In this document: positions 25,857-34,331 of the stretch, in pieces | Position numbering within the stretch: position 1 is the first letter of the stretch | Layout: the number at the start of each line of letters is the position of its first letter | Source: a virus | Strand: one strand, 5' to 3' | Length of the DNA stretch: 64,000 nucleotides | Virus record (IMG/VR): IMGVR_UViG_3300045131_002362 | Coordinates: 1 to 64,000 of that record | Made by a program: the position numbers and the translations under genes | Notes under the pieces: generated by a model | What the model was told of the DNA's origin: nothing | Database searches by the model: none | Seen by the model: only the letters and a program-made list of their open reading frames with translations

Positions 25857-28364
25857 TTATCCGGCCAGGCCGGTCTTCTGTCTCCAGTACGACATGATGC
25901 CGTTCGTCTCGGCAACGTCCAGCCCGCACGACATGCACGCATCGCGCAGTCGGCGACCCCATGAGGACAGCGGCTGCACGCCGCGCTCCTGGCACGAGAG
26001 CACCACGTTGGCGACGGCCTTGACCGCCGTGTTGTGCCGCGTGTTGTTCTCGGCGTTCTGGATGCGCTCGCATGACTTGTCAACGACCACTTCCATAAAC
26101 CGCTCGTTGCGGATCTGCTCGTCGGCGGTATTTTCCCGCTGCTCGCACGGCTTCAGGCTCGCGCGGCTCACGGCGAACGTCGGCGCCTTCCACTCGAACG
26201 GAGCGGGCAGCACGCCGCCCAGCGCCTCGTCTGTGACCCGGCAGTCCGGATCATACGCCAGCGTGCGCCCGACAGTCGGCAGCCGCGTGCCGTCGTCGCT
26301 CGGCATGCAGAGGCGCTCCTCGCAGGCCGTCCGTATTGTGCGGTTCGCCGCCTGATACGTGTCATAGTCCTTTATGCCGTCGCCGGCGTTGAAGATTGCC
26401 CATGCGCCGTCGCCACGGGATGACAGCGCGCCGATTACGAAGCCGGGCATCTCGGCCAGCGCGTCGCGCACCTGCGCAGGCGTCAGCCCGTTGCCCTGCT
26501 CGGCGATGTGGTCGAAGTCGACGTGCGTGAGACCCGTGTATCCGACGATATTCTCGACGCGGCTGAAACGGTCGAACTTCGTGCCTGGGAATATCTGCCG
26601 CAGGCACAGGCGCTTGTCCGCCTTGCCGGCCCGCACGGCCTCCGTCGACTTCTTCAGCGCCTCGTCGCCAGTAATGTACGCCCACAGCGCCGCCACGCCC
26701 ATGCGCTCGCGCTCAACATAGAATGCCCGCATACGCGGCTTGTACTGCATCGCGAGCCCTGACTCAACGGGCGCTTCGGCCACAGGCTCTGCCGTTTCCT
26801 CATCCGTGTCCTCAGTGGGCGGCTCCGTGTCGTCCGGAGAAGGATCACACACCGGGGGCGGCGGAATCGGATCTGCCGAAAGCGGCTCGACCCACTCCTC
26901 GCGGGCCGTGCTCATCTCGGCGATCGCCTTGAACCGGTACGCGTCCGGGGACCAGGAGAAGCCCTTGTCCGTCCGGTAGTCGCGATAGTCGCTGTACAGC
27001 AGCCCGCCTGCCGCCCCGCTGTTGACCACGAAGTAATCGTGATCGGCGGGCGACAGGAGATGCTGCGCGTCGATCGTGCGCCGGGCCACGGCCACGGGCC
27101 GCCAACCCTCGTCCAGATAGCGCTGAGCGCGCACCAGAAGCGCCCAGCCGACGCAGGTGCGAAGCTCGCCCATCGTCCAGCCGGTGCGCTCCTGCACGCC
27201 ATCCAGCATCTTGCGCAGCGACGTGCCTCCGTCGCTCACTTCCGCAGCGACGAAGAACTCAACGCGACGCGAGCGCGGACTGTCGATCGGCAGCGGCGAA
27301 AGATGGTTGGACGACAGCAGCTTCAGCGAGTTGTCACGGACAGAGCGCTTCGCGACATACTTCTCCTCGGCGGTCTTCCATCCCGCGTCGGCGAACGCCT
27401 TCACGTCCTCCGCAGTGTACCGCTCGCTCGCTGAGGACAGCGCCTCGGTGAGCACGCAGACGGACGACTCGTACAGGGGCAGCAGGTTGCCGCCGGCAAG
27501 GGCCGTGGTCGGCACCGTTACGACGGCATCCCTCGGCACCAGCGCCGCCAGTGACTCATGCAGCAGCGACTTGCCCGTACCCTGCCCGCCGTTCGTCGAC
27601 GTGAAGCAGAAAAGCTTGAGGCAGCGGAAGCTGCCGAAGTCGCGCAGCGCCAGCAGGTGCGCTCCGGCGTCCAGCACAAACGCCTGCTGCTTGCGCAGGG
27701 CGTTCTCTGGATCGCCGTCCGTGATCGTGCGTGCCAGGACCTCGTCCAGGATCGCTTCGGCGTCCACGCCGCTGCCGTACTTGGTCGGCTTCTCGGCGAT
27801 AACCGGCGGTCTGCCGTAGGCGCAGTTGACGCTCTTGCGGCCCATCACGTCGATGATCTTGTCCGCCCACATGGCGCGGTCGGAGGCGACCCCGTAGAGG
27901 TCGTAGTCCGGGCGGTGCGTCGACCACCACGTCCCGAACGGCACCGGCATGGCCTCTGTCTTGCCCGTCTTTTTATCCGTCCTCGTGCCGCGCACCCATT
28001 CGTGTACGTCGGCAGGCGCAAGCGTGGCCGCGTCCTTGACCGACCAGAAGCCGACCGTGCGCTTCCCATCCTCCATGACGGGGTAGTAGGTCGAGCAGAA
28101 CAGGTCGGCGAACTCCGGCAGCCCGTCCGCACACGGCTGCGGGTCGCCCGGCGCGATCGCCTGCGCCACGGCTCTGCTGGACCGGCACACCGAGGCCAGC
28201 CGCAGCAGATCCGAGCGCTGCGAGTCCGACATCTCGCTGGCGTTTTGAGGTAGTGAGGCGCAGAGGTCGGTGATCTTCGACGCAAAATGCTTGGCGCGGC
28301 TGCCGGAGCGCAGCGCCGTCTCGATAATCCCGTTTGATTTTGTCATGTCGTTCCCGAGGATCAA
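25857..28364 (-). CDS. Primase-helicase fusion: SF3-like NTPase followed by BT4734/VirE-N-like primase domain
   Basis: GGQGTGKSLL Walker A; YTGLTHVDFDH, SSRGDG, RTLAYDP in C-terminal half. Confidence 0.8.
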   Translation of the reverse strand: MILGNDMTKSNGIIETALRSGSRAKHFASKITDLCASLPQNASEMSDSQRSDLLRLASVCRSSRAVAQAIAPGDPQPCADGLPEFADLFCSTYYPVMEDGKRTVGFWSVKDAATLAPADVHEWVRGTRTDKKTGKTEAMPVPFGTWWSTHRPDYDLYGVASDRAMWADKIIDVMGRKSVNCAYGRPPVIAEKPTKYGSGVDAEAILDEVLARTITDGDPENALRKQQAFVLDAGAHLLALRDFGSFRCLKLFCFTSTNGGQGTGKSLLHESLAALVPRDAVVTVPTTALAGGNLLPLYESSVCVLTEALSSASERYTAEDVKAFADAGWKTAEEKYVAKRSVRDNSLKLLSSNHLSPLPIDSPRSRRVEFFVAAEVSDGGTSLRKMLDGVQERTGWTMGELRTCVGWALLVRAQRYLDEGWRPVAVARRTIDAQHLLSPADHDYFVVNSGAAGGLLYSDYRDYRTDKGFSWSPDAYRFKAIAEMSTAREEWVEPLSADPIPPPPVCDPSPDDTEPPTEDTDEETAEPVAEAPVESGLAMQYKPRMRAFYVERERMGVAALWAYITGDEALKKSTEAVRAGKADKRLCLRQIFPGTKFDRFSRVENIVGYTGLTHVDFDHIAEQGNGLTPAQVRDALAEMPGFVIGALSSRGDGAWAIFNAGDGIKDYDTYQAANRTIRTACEERLCMPSDDGTRLPTVGRTLAYDPDCRVTDEALGGVLPAPFEWKAPTFAVSRASLKPCEQRENTADEQIRNERFMEVVVDKSCERIQNAENNTRHNTAVKAVANVVLSCQERGVQPLSSWGRRLRDACMSCGLDVAETNGIMSYWRQKTGLAG

Positions 28365-28657
28365 AGGCGTTTGCAGTCGATGCAGCCGCAGATGCTGTGC
28401 CGATAGAGCAACCCGCCGTCTTCCGGATGAAGTGAGCGTTCGTATCGAGTCCTTGCTTCACAGTTCGGCAGAGGGCTCCAGTTTGTGTCGATATGGCCAG
28501 AGTCGAACAGAAGAGAGAGCATAGCTTTCGGCGAATCCGTGTCTCCGGCGATCAGCGTCCTGTCCTGCTTGCCGTCCGCGAACATCTCCAGCATCTGTCC
28601 TGTGATCTCGTTCAGCGCGAAGCGCGCTCCGTTTGCCCTGATTTGTTCAATGGTCAT
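28361..28657 (-). CDS. Hypothetical protein
   Basis: ORF in operon; C-terminal CGCIDC. Confidence 0.6.
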   Translation of the reverse strand: MTIEQIRANGARFALNEITGQMLEMFADGKQDRTLIAGDTDSPKAMLSLLFDSGHIDTNWSPLPNCEARTRYERSLHPEDGGLLYRHSICGCIDCKRL

Positions 28658-28669
28658 TTTGAGTTCCCT

Positions 28670-29017
28670 TCACTTCCCGTTTTCAAACTCGTGCAGCCGA
28701 TTGATAAGCCACGACTTGCCCGTACGCGGCGCCATCGAGTAGATCAGCCGAACGACCGTCTTCTGCCAGACGCAGAGGTGTTGGCGATGCCTTTCGACAA
28801 GCCACTTCTCAAAGCGGCCTGTGCAATCCGGCGAGCGACACACACCATTTTGTGCTCGGACAAGCTCCGACAGCATCAGAACGCGACTCCATTCGACGCC
28901 TCTGCTGGCGTCGTCTGTGGCGCTATTCGCAAAAGGTCTGAGCGCGTCGATCGCGTCCAGAAGATTTTCGAGCGTACCGTGTATCTGGCTTTCCTCCATC
29001 ATTGTCGAACTTAACAT
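28670..29017 (-). CDS. Hypothetical protein
   Basis: AGGAG SD; ends in APRTGKS P-loop-like fragment. Confidence 0.55.
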   Translation of the reverse strand: MLSSTMMEESQIHGTLENLLDAIDALRPFANSATDDASRGVEWSRVLMLSELVRAQNGVCRSPDCTGRFEKWLVERHRQHLCVWQKTVVRLIYSMAPRTGKSWLINRLHEFENGK

Positions 29018-29026
29018 TGTGGTCTC

Positions 29027-30181
29027 CTATTCGTATCTCGACGGACGACCACCGAAGGTCTTGTCCACGAGCAGCTTCTCGTTCGCGTCCCAGCGGGCCT
29101 TGACGGCCTCGACAACCTTGGCGATCAGCCCGTTCGTCTCGACGAACAGCGCCGCGTCCTTGCCGACGTACTCGATACCGATCTTGCGCAGGTCGTAGCC
29201 TTGCGGCACTATCTTTTTCTTTCTGCCGCCCTCCTCTTCCTTCTCTTCCTCCTCGTCCTTCTTTTTTCCGTCCACGGTGCCGTAGACCTTCTTCGCCTTT
29301 TCGTCCTTCGGCGGCGGATCAGGCTTGATGACGCCCTCGGACCAGAGCCAGTCGAGGTTGGCGCGGGTGTCGTCGATGCCGTAGGCGGGCATGATGGGGA
29401 ACCAGACTTCGCGGGCCTTACCGTTGGCCTTGCTGCGGGCAATCTTCGCGATCGTCCAGTCGCCGACCTTCACAGTGCCCTCCTTGATCTGCCCGCCCTT
29501 GCTGAGCCACATTTCGATGAAGGCGAAGAAGCCGAGCGCCTTGCCGCCGCCACGGATCTTCGGTGCGAACATGGCGCCCTTGCCAATAGCCTCGGCAGCC
29601 TGCGACAGGTAGATTAGGAAAGAGCCGTTCATCGGCAGGTTGCCCGCGAGGCGGCGCAGAAGGTACTTGTTCGCCACGGCCCGCAGCGCAAGCGCGCCGC
29701 CGCTGTCGCCCTTCGCATCGTTAGCGTACTCCTGCTCGGCGATGAGCGTGTCCATGCTGTCGATCACGAAGAACTGCGGCTTCTTCTCCATCCACGCGAG
29801 CATCTTGAGCGCCAGGTTTTGTGTCGACCATTCCTTGTCGTACGGGATCGGGATGATCTCAAGCGCAGCAGCGAACTTCTTACCGAACAGCGCCGCCGTG
29901 TTGAAACAGTAGGCGTTCTCCGCATCCAGCAGCTTGTAATCGAAGTGATTGCCGTAGCGCTTGAACGTCTCGGCCATCGACGCGATCGCCTGCATCGTCT
30001 TGCCGGCGTTCCTGTCGCCGATGCTGTTGACGCCCTGTCCAGCGCGGCAGAAGCCGTCCGTTGTGTCGGTACACGCGAGGTCGAGAAGCGTCGAGCCGCT
30101 CGGGATAATGAGCCCAGGAGCGGCGGTCGCGATCTCCATGACGCTCTCGGCGTCGATCGCGTTGGTCTTTCTCTTTGCCAT
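29027..30181 (-). CDS. RecA/UvsX-like recombinase
   Basis: GDRNAGKT, LLDAENA, FVIDSM, GGKALGFFA. Confidence 0.9.
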   Translation of the reverse strand: MAKRKTNAIDAESVMEIATAAPGLIIPSGSTLLDLACTDTTDGFCRAGQGVNSIGDRNAGKTMQAIASMAETFKRYGNHFDYKLLDAENAYCFNTAALFGKKFAAALEIIPIPYDKEWSTQNLALKMLAWMEKKPQFFVIDSMDTLIAEQEYANDAKGDSGGALALRAVANKYLLRRLAGNLPMNGSFLIYLSQAAEAIGKGAMFAPKIRGGGKALGFFAFIEMWLSKGGQIKEGTVKVGDWTIAKIARSKANGKAREVWFPIMPAYGIDDTRANLDWLWSEGVIKPDPPPKDEKAKKVYGTVDGKKKDEEEEKEEEGGRKKKIVPQGYDLRKIGIEYVGKDAALFVETNGLIAKVVEAVKARWDANEKLLVDKTFGGRPSRYE

Positions 30182-30184
30182 AGT

Positions 30185-30361
30185 CTATTCTCCAACTTTT
30201 TGAACGTAATCGATCAGGCACGGTCCGCAATGGCGGATGTCGCGCCGCAACACCTTGGACGGATCTCTCGGCTGGGTCGCCGTTACGATGCAGCGACCTT
30301 CGCGCTGTGCATTCTCGGACAGCGCCAGAAGTTCTTGCCAGTGCTGCTCATAGCTTTTCAT
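30185..30361 (-). CDS. Small hypothetical protein (58 aa)
   Basis: AAGGAG SD, MKSYEQHWQ...; fills intergenic gap. Confidence 0.55.
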   Translation of the reverse strand: MKSYEQHWQELLALSENAQREGRCIVTATQPRDPSKVLRRDIRHCGPCLIDYVQKVGE

Positions 30362-30369
30362 GATTCTCC

Positions 30370-30933
30370 TTAAAAGGGAACGTCGCCAGCCTTATAGGTC
30401 GTCGGCTGTGCTTTCGGCACAATCACAGGAATTGGTACCGGAGCGCTCAACACAGTATAGTTGTCTCTGGTCACTTCGACCCCAGCAAGCGCGAAGGATG
30501 TTTTGACCATCGCCACGATCGTCTGGAACATCGCGTGCCGCTGCTGACGCCAGCACTGATGCGGCAGAGACTTGTAAATCTCTCCAGCCCTGCGCCAGAC
30601 AGCATAGTCCAGCGGATGCAGAAAGACGAAGTTGACGCGCAGCGTATCGCCTCCGAATTTAACGTCCGCGTGTACCCCGCTATTGTAATCGCTGCGGTCG
30701 ATGTGTACGCAGGCCGCTTCGAGATAGCTCTCGACATCCTGGCGAAACATGACTGACACCGCGAGATCGATGTCGCTGTCCTCACCGGCCTCATCGAACG
30801 CCACCGATCCTGTCAGAAACATCTCCTGCATAATCGCAAACGACGCGCCGAATGTCGCCCGCACAAACTGTTCTGCGTCTTCGGCAGTCGGCTTCCGCGT
30901 GGAACCGCTACACTTTTCCTGCATGTTCGTCAT
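30370..30933 (-). CDS. Pol-beta superfamily minimal nucleotidyltransferase
   Basis: FLTGSVAF...DSDIDLAV (hGS...DxD). Confidence 0.85.
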   Translation of the reverse strand: MTNMQEKCSGSTRKPTAEDAEQFVRATFGASFAIMQEMFLTGSVAFDEAGEDSDIDLAVSVMFRQDVESYLEAACVHIDRSDYNSGVHADVKFGGDTLRVNFVFLHPLDYAVWRRAGEIYKSLPHQCWRQQRHAMFQTIVAMVKTSFALAGVEVTRDNYTVLSAPVPIPVIVPKAQPTTYKAGDVPF

Positions 30934-30944
30934 CCTTTTGCTAA

Positions 30945-31018
30945 TGGCTGCGCCGGAAGGACTCGAACCTTCTCACCGGGGATCAAAGCCCCGTATGCTG
31001 CCATTACATCACAGCGCA
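30945..31018 (-). tRNA. tRNA-Gln(UUG)
   Basis: Cloverleaf: acceptor TGCGCTG/CGGCGCA, anticodon arm CGGGG-CTTTGAT-CCCCG, GGTTCGAGTCC, encoded GCCA end. Confidence 0.95.
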
Positions 31019-31019
31019 A

Positions 31020-31351
31020 TGGTGGAGGCGGGGGGAATTGAACCCCCGTCCGCCGATTGCTATACGTTGAAGCTACGCGCGTGTCCCGATTAGGTCGGGC
31101 AACCGAGAGCGACCCGGCAACAACTCCGAGCCTTCCACCATCCCGTTCCTTGGTCTACGGGCAACCGTCACGTTCCCTTTCGATGATTCGGTTCACCGCC
31201 GCTCAGGGTGCAGCGGGAACTATAGCGGCGATTAGGCCGCGATTTTCTCAGGCATGGCCTTTGAAGTTTTGCCTTGATTTTTACGTGGCCATCTAGGCTA
31301 CCACGGCACGCATCAACGTAATCGAAACCGGCGTCGAAACCTGACGCCCCC
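31020..31351 (-). ncRNA. ssrA: tmRNA; predicted tag (A)AMPEKIAA at 31258-31232
   Basis: 5' GGGGGCG..GGTTTCGAC; 3' GGGGGTTCAATTCCCCCCGCCTCCACCA; G3-U pair; pk1 CGTGG/CCACG; tag ORF ending IAA-stop. Confidence 0.95.
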
Positions 31352-31470
31352 GTAAATCGTTGCCGTCTATCCGGCTGTCGTTCTTGTTTGGAAAAGAGAC
31401 CCATGCGCGGGCTGTACTCCGGAAAGGCGAGGGCAGACAATCCCTCAACCGCGCAGGGGTCTTTAGCTGT

Positions 31471-31878
31471 TTAACGCTCGTTGAGGCCGATGGGCCGCTG
31501 GCCCTGCATCCACGTCTTGAACAGGCCGTACGCGCGGTCGACGTTTTCGAGCGACGCCTTGATGCCAGTGACACGGGCGGTCAGCTTAGCCTCCTTCAGG
31601 CGCAGCGCGTTGACGTTGCTGTCGGCCGCGACGGCCGCCGCGATGTATCCCGCGAGCCCGGTCATCTTCAGCCCTTGGACGTGGATTGACATCTCCACAT
31701 CCGCCTCGGCCTTGCCCAGCGCAACCCTGACCTCGGCGAGGTAGTCGTTCTCCTGCTGGTAAAGCTGGACGAGATCGTCGCCAGCCTTCGTGATGTTCTG
31801 GCAGGTGCATTCCTGCGCGGAAAAGTCCAGCGCCAGCTTGGTCGGTCCGGGCTTCACTCCAACTGTTGCATCGTTCAT
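31471..31878 (-). CDS. Coiled-coil protein, possible UvsY-like recombination mediator
   Basis: Helical; IAAAVAAD...LENV pattern; first gene after promoter copy 2. Confidence 0.5.
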   Translation of the reverse strand: MNDATVGVKPGPTKLALDFSAQECTCQNITKAGDDLVQLYQQENDYLAEVRVALGKAEADVEMSIHVQGLKMTGLAGYIAAAVAADSNVNALRLKEAKLTARVTGIKASLENVDRAYGLFKTWMQGQRPIGLNER

Positions 31879-31893
31879 GTTCGTCTCCTTGTG

Positions 31894-31925
31894 CATTATA
31901 TCCGAACGCGGGCCATTCCCGCGCC
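31894..31925 (-). promoter_or_regulatory. Phage-specific promoter copy 2
   Basis: GGCGCGGGAA-N9-TTCGGATATAATG then AAGGAG. Confidence 0.8.
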
Positions 31926-31933
31926 AGAGTTGT

Positions 31934-32305
31934 TTACCGAACTTCCGGAACGCCCGGAATCATGATCGTGCGGACGCTGCACAACTGGCAGGTCTTCACG
32001 TTCGGCCCCATCACCGTGCCGCACACGGGACAGATCCAGCCGGTCGACTTGGTCCTCGTGATCGGCGGCTCTGCGATGAGTCTCGCCGCCGTCTCTCTCG
32101 CTTCTTTCATAGTCGTCACCTTGTGTTGTTCGCCCGTGGCTTCTTCGCCGTGCGCAATCTCCAACCGGTCTTCGTGCGGGGCAGCTTGCGCCGTCCAGCG
32201 CACACCGGCCTTGTGATACAGAACACTGTCTAATTTTCCATTCTTGCAACTCACATACAGAACCGGACGCTTCTCTCCGCCGTCCAACCAAGTGAGGATG
32301 CTCAT
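31934..32305 (-). CDS. Hypothetical protein with C-terminal zinc ribbon
   Basis: GWICPVCG...CQLC. Confidence 0.6.
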   Translation of the reverse strand: MSILTWLDGGEKRPVLYVSCKNGKLDSVLYHKAGVRWTAQAAPHEDRLEIAHGEEATGEQHKVTTMKEARETAARLIAEPPITRTKSTGWICPVCGTVMGPNVKTCQLCSVRTIMIPGVPEVR

Positions 32306-32307
32306 AA

Positions 32308-33300
32308 TCAGATCCCCTTCGGCGCGAGATGCGCCAGATCCCCGCTAAGGCCGTGGAATCCCGTGTTGTAGTAGTTGTCCCGCAGCGCGTCGATCACCGT
32401 GAGCGAGAACGCGCGCTTCGGCTTGCAGGGCGCCTTGTCGCTGATGAGCGTGCCGCCGAACCAAGCGAGCAGGCCGCGCCGCAGCCCCTCTGCATCTTCG
32501 CCGTCCTCCTTCAGCTTGCGCAGCACGCCGGCCACGCGGTCGAAGTCGCGGCTCTCCACGGCGGTTGCCAGATCCTTCAGGTTCGGTGTGAAGTCCTCGC
32601 TCATCGTCTGGCAGTCGACCTTGATACGGTCGATCTCCTGGGCGCGCAGGTCGATCGGCAGTGAGGCCAGCCGGGCCATGTTGTTGATGGCGACGCGCAC
32701 GCAGCGTCGGGAGTTCTGGCCGCAGATCGCAACCTCCTCCTTCGACAGACCGAGGGGCTCCTGCTCGTTGATAAGCGTCAGCCGCGCCAGCATGTCCTCG
32801 GGCCGCACGTCCATCGTGTCGATGCGGAAGGGCCGCGTCAGCAGCGCCCCCTTGCCGCCAGTCAGCTTCTCGGGCGAGTTCGTCACGAAGCAGACGTAGG
32901 TGTTCGCGGGAATGCCCTTTTCGAGGGGCTCCATGAACATCTCCTGCGCCGCCGTCGTGATGTTGTGCGCCTCCTCGAAGATGAAGGCGCGGCTGTTGCT
33001 CATCAGCGACGAGGCCGTCAGCTCCGTCGTGAGGAACTCGGTCACGAAGTCGATCTTGCCGCACTCACGGCTATTGAACACGCGGATATCGCCGCAGCCG
33101 AACGCCTCCATCAGGATATGGACGAGCGTGCTCTTGCCGCTGCCGGTCGGGCCGGTCAGCAGCATGAAGCCGGGACGCCGGCTCGGCTGCGTGTCGATCA
33201 GCGTCTGGCACTTGGCCTTTGCGATCGGGTTTCCGCACACGTCCGACAGCTTCGTCGGGTTCCAGCGCCGGTAAAGCGACGCCTGTTCTTTCTCAGCCAT
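32308..33300 (-). CDS. DnaX-like clamp loader AAA+ ATPase
   Basis: LYRRWNP..LSDVCGN, GPTGSGKST, FEEAHNIT..AQ. Confidence 0.9.
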   Translation of the reverse strand: MAEKEQASLYRRWNPTKLSDVCGNPIAKAKCQTLIDTQPSRRPGFMLLTGPTGSGKSTLVHILMEAFGCGDIRVFNSRECGKIDFVTEFLTTELTASSLMSNSRAFIFEEAHNITTAAQEMFMEPLEKGIPANTYVCFVTNSPEKLTGGKGALLTRPFRIDTMDVRPEDMLARLTLINEQEPLGLSKEEVAICGQNSRRCVRVAINNMARLASLPIDLRAQEIDRIKVDCQTMSEDFTPNLKDLATAVESRDFDRVAGVLRKLKEDGEDAEGLRRGLLAWFGGTLISDKAPCKPKRAFSLTVIDALRDNYYNTGFHGLSGDLAHLAPKGI

Positions 33301-33302
33301 AA

Positions 33303-33611
33303 TCATTCTCCCTTGGTTTGTTTCTCGATGCTGTTGTGCCGCGCCCACAGGATCATCGCCCGGTTGGCGATGTCGATTATCCGCTCATTGTCGTCGTCGG
33401 GGGTGTACTCCGACTCGAACATGTCCATGCGGAGGCAGGACGCGTCAACGAACAACTCATTCGCGATATGATGGTCGGCCGGAACGTCCTTGTCCCAGCC
33501 GCGCTTGCCGGCGACGGCGCGCTCGATGAGAACGCGCTTCATCTCGGCAGCGAAGGCGTCGACAGCCTTGGCCAGCTTTTGCTTTTCAAGAATCAGATGG
33601 AAATCGATCAT
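33303..33611 (-). CDS. Hypothetical phage protein
   Basis: GKRGWD...IDIANRAMILW; AGGAGG SD. Confidence 0.7.
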   Translation of the reverse strand: MIDFHLILEKQKLAKAVDAFAAEMKRVLIERAVAGKRGWDKDVPADHHIANELFVDASCLRMDMFESEYTPDDDNERIIDIANRAMILWARHNSIEKQTKGE

Positions 33612-33620
33612 GTGCCCTCC

Positions 33621-34256
33621 TTACGGGAAGCACGAGAGCGCCTCGTTGGCGATCGCGTCATCCGGTTTGTCCGTATCCAGGCCGAGCTGGAAATCGTTGT
33701 TGAGCCGCAGCAGATCATCTCTGCGCATGCGTAGGATCATCGCGTCGCGGTCGGCCTTCGTGACCGTGCCGTCGTCGTTCTCCACGACCTTGCAGAACGC
33801 AGCATACAGCTCCTTCTGCGGGATGCCAGCGATCGAGGCGGGAACAGGCGAGACAGACTCGGCCTTCTTCTCCATCTTCGGCTCTACCTTCGGTTGCTCG
33901 GGCACCTTGGGATCATCCTTGATGGGCTCCGGTGTCTTCTCCGGTTCCACGACGACAAGCGGTACGATACGCTGCGTCGGAAGATTCGGCTCGATCTTGA
34001 CGACGGGCTCCTGCACCTTTTGCGCGGCGGTGATGATGGCGACACCCTCTTCTTTCGCGATTGCGGTCAACCTCGCCAACCGATTCGTTTCCTGCTCGAT
34101 GGGCTCCGGAACGTCGTGCTTGCTGGCGAACTCGCGCGCCTTGCGCTCGATGAGGCGTTCCTGAGTCTCGCTCAGCTCTCTCGCCTGCAATTCGATGTGG
34201 AAGCTCTTGACGCCCTTCGACGCAAGAAAGTCGATGAATTCCTCGAAACTGTTCAT
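33621..34256 (-). CDS. Hypothetical protein with Pro/Glu/Lys-rich linker
   Basis: AAGGAG SD; 211 aa. Confidence 0.7.
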   Translation of the reverse strand: MNSFEEFIDFLASKGVKSFHIELQARELSETQERLIERKAREFASKHDVPEPIEQETNRLARLTAIAKEEGVAIITAAQKVQEPVVKIEPNLPTQRIVPLVVVEPEKTPEPIKDDPKVPEQPKVEPKMEKKAESVSPVPASIAGIPQKELYAAFCKVVENDDGTVTKADRDAMILRMRRDDLLRLNNDFQLGLDTDKPDDAIANEALSCFP

Positions 34257-34276
34257 GATGTCTCCTTTTTGGATGG

Positions 34277-34310
34277 GGCGGCGCGCGAGCCGATTGACCC
34301 GCGCGCCGCC
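34277..34310. other. Strong intergenic hairpin after the SSB gene (mRNA stabiliser or terminator)
   Basis: GGCGGCGCGCG/CGCGCGCCGCC 11-bp stem; no U-tract on the coding strand. Confidence 0.6.
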
Positions 34311-34331
34311 GTTGTTCTGTTGCCGCTCAGA

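Noticed and set aside
30945-31018. Suppressor tRNA or stop-codon reassignment
   Set aside because: Anticodon is UUG; TAA, TAG and TGA all terminate genes and long genes are intact under the standard code
30945-31351. tRNA/tmRNA as prophage attachment site or host boundary
   Set aside because: Both genes are complete and flanked by phage genes on both sides; no integrase or duplicated 3' end seen
31398-31466. HDV-like (theta) or hammerhead ribozyme beside the RNA genes
   Set aside because: Could not find the nested double pseudoknot or CUGANGA/GAAA cores by eye; kept only as unassigned structure
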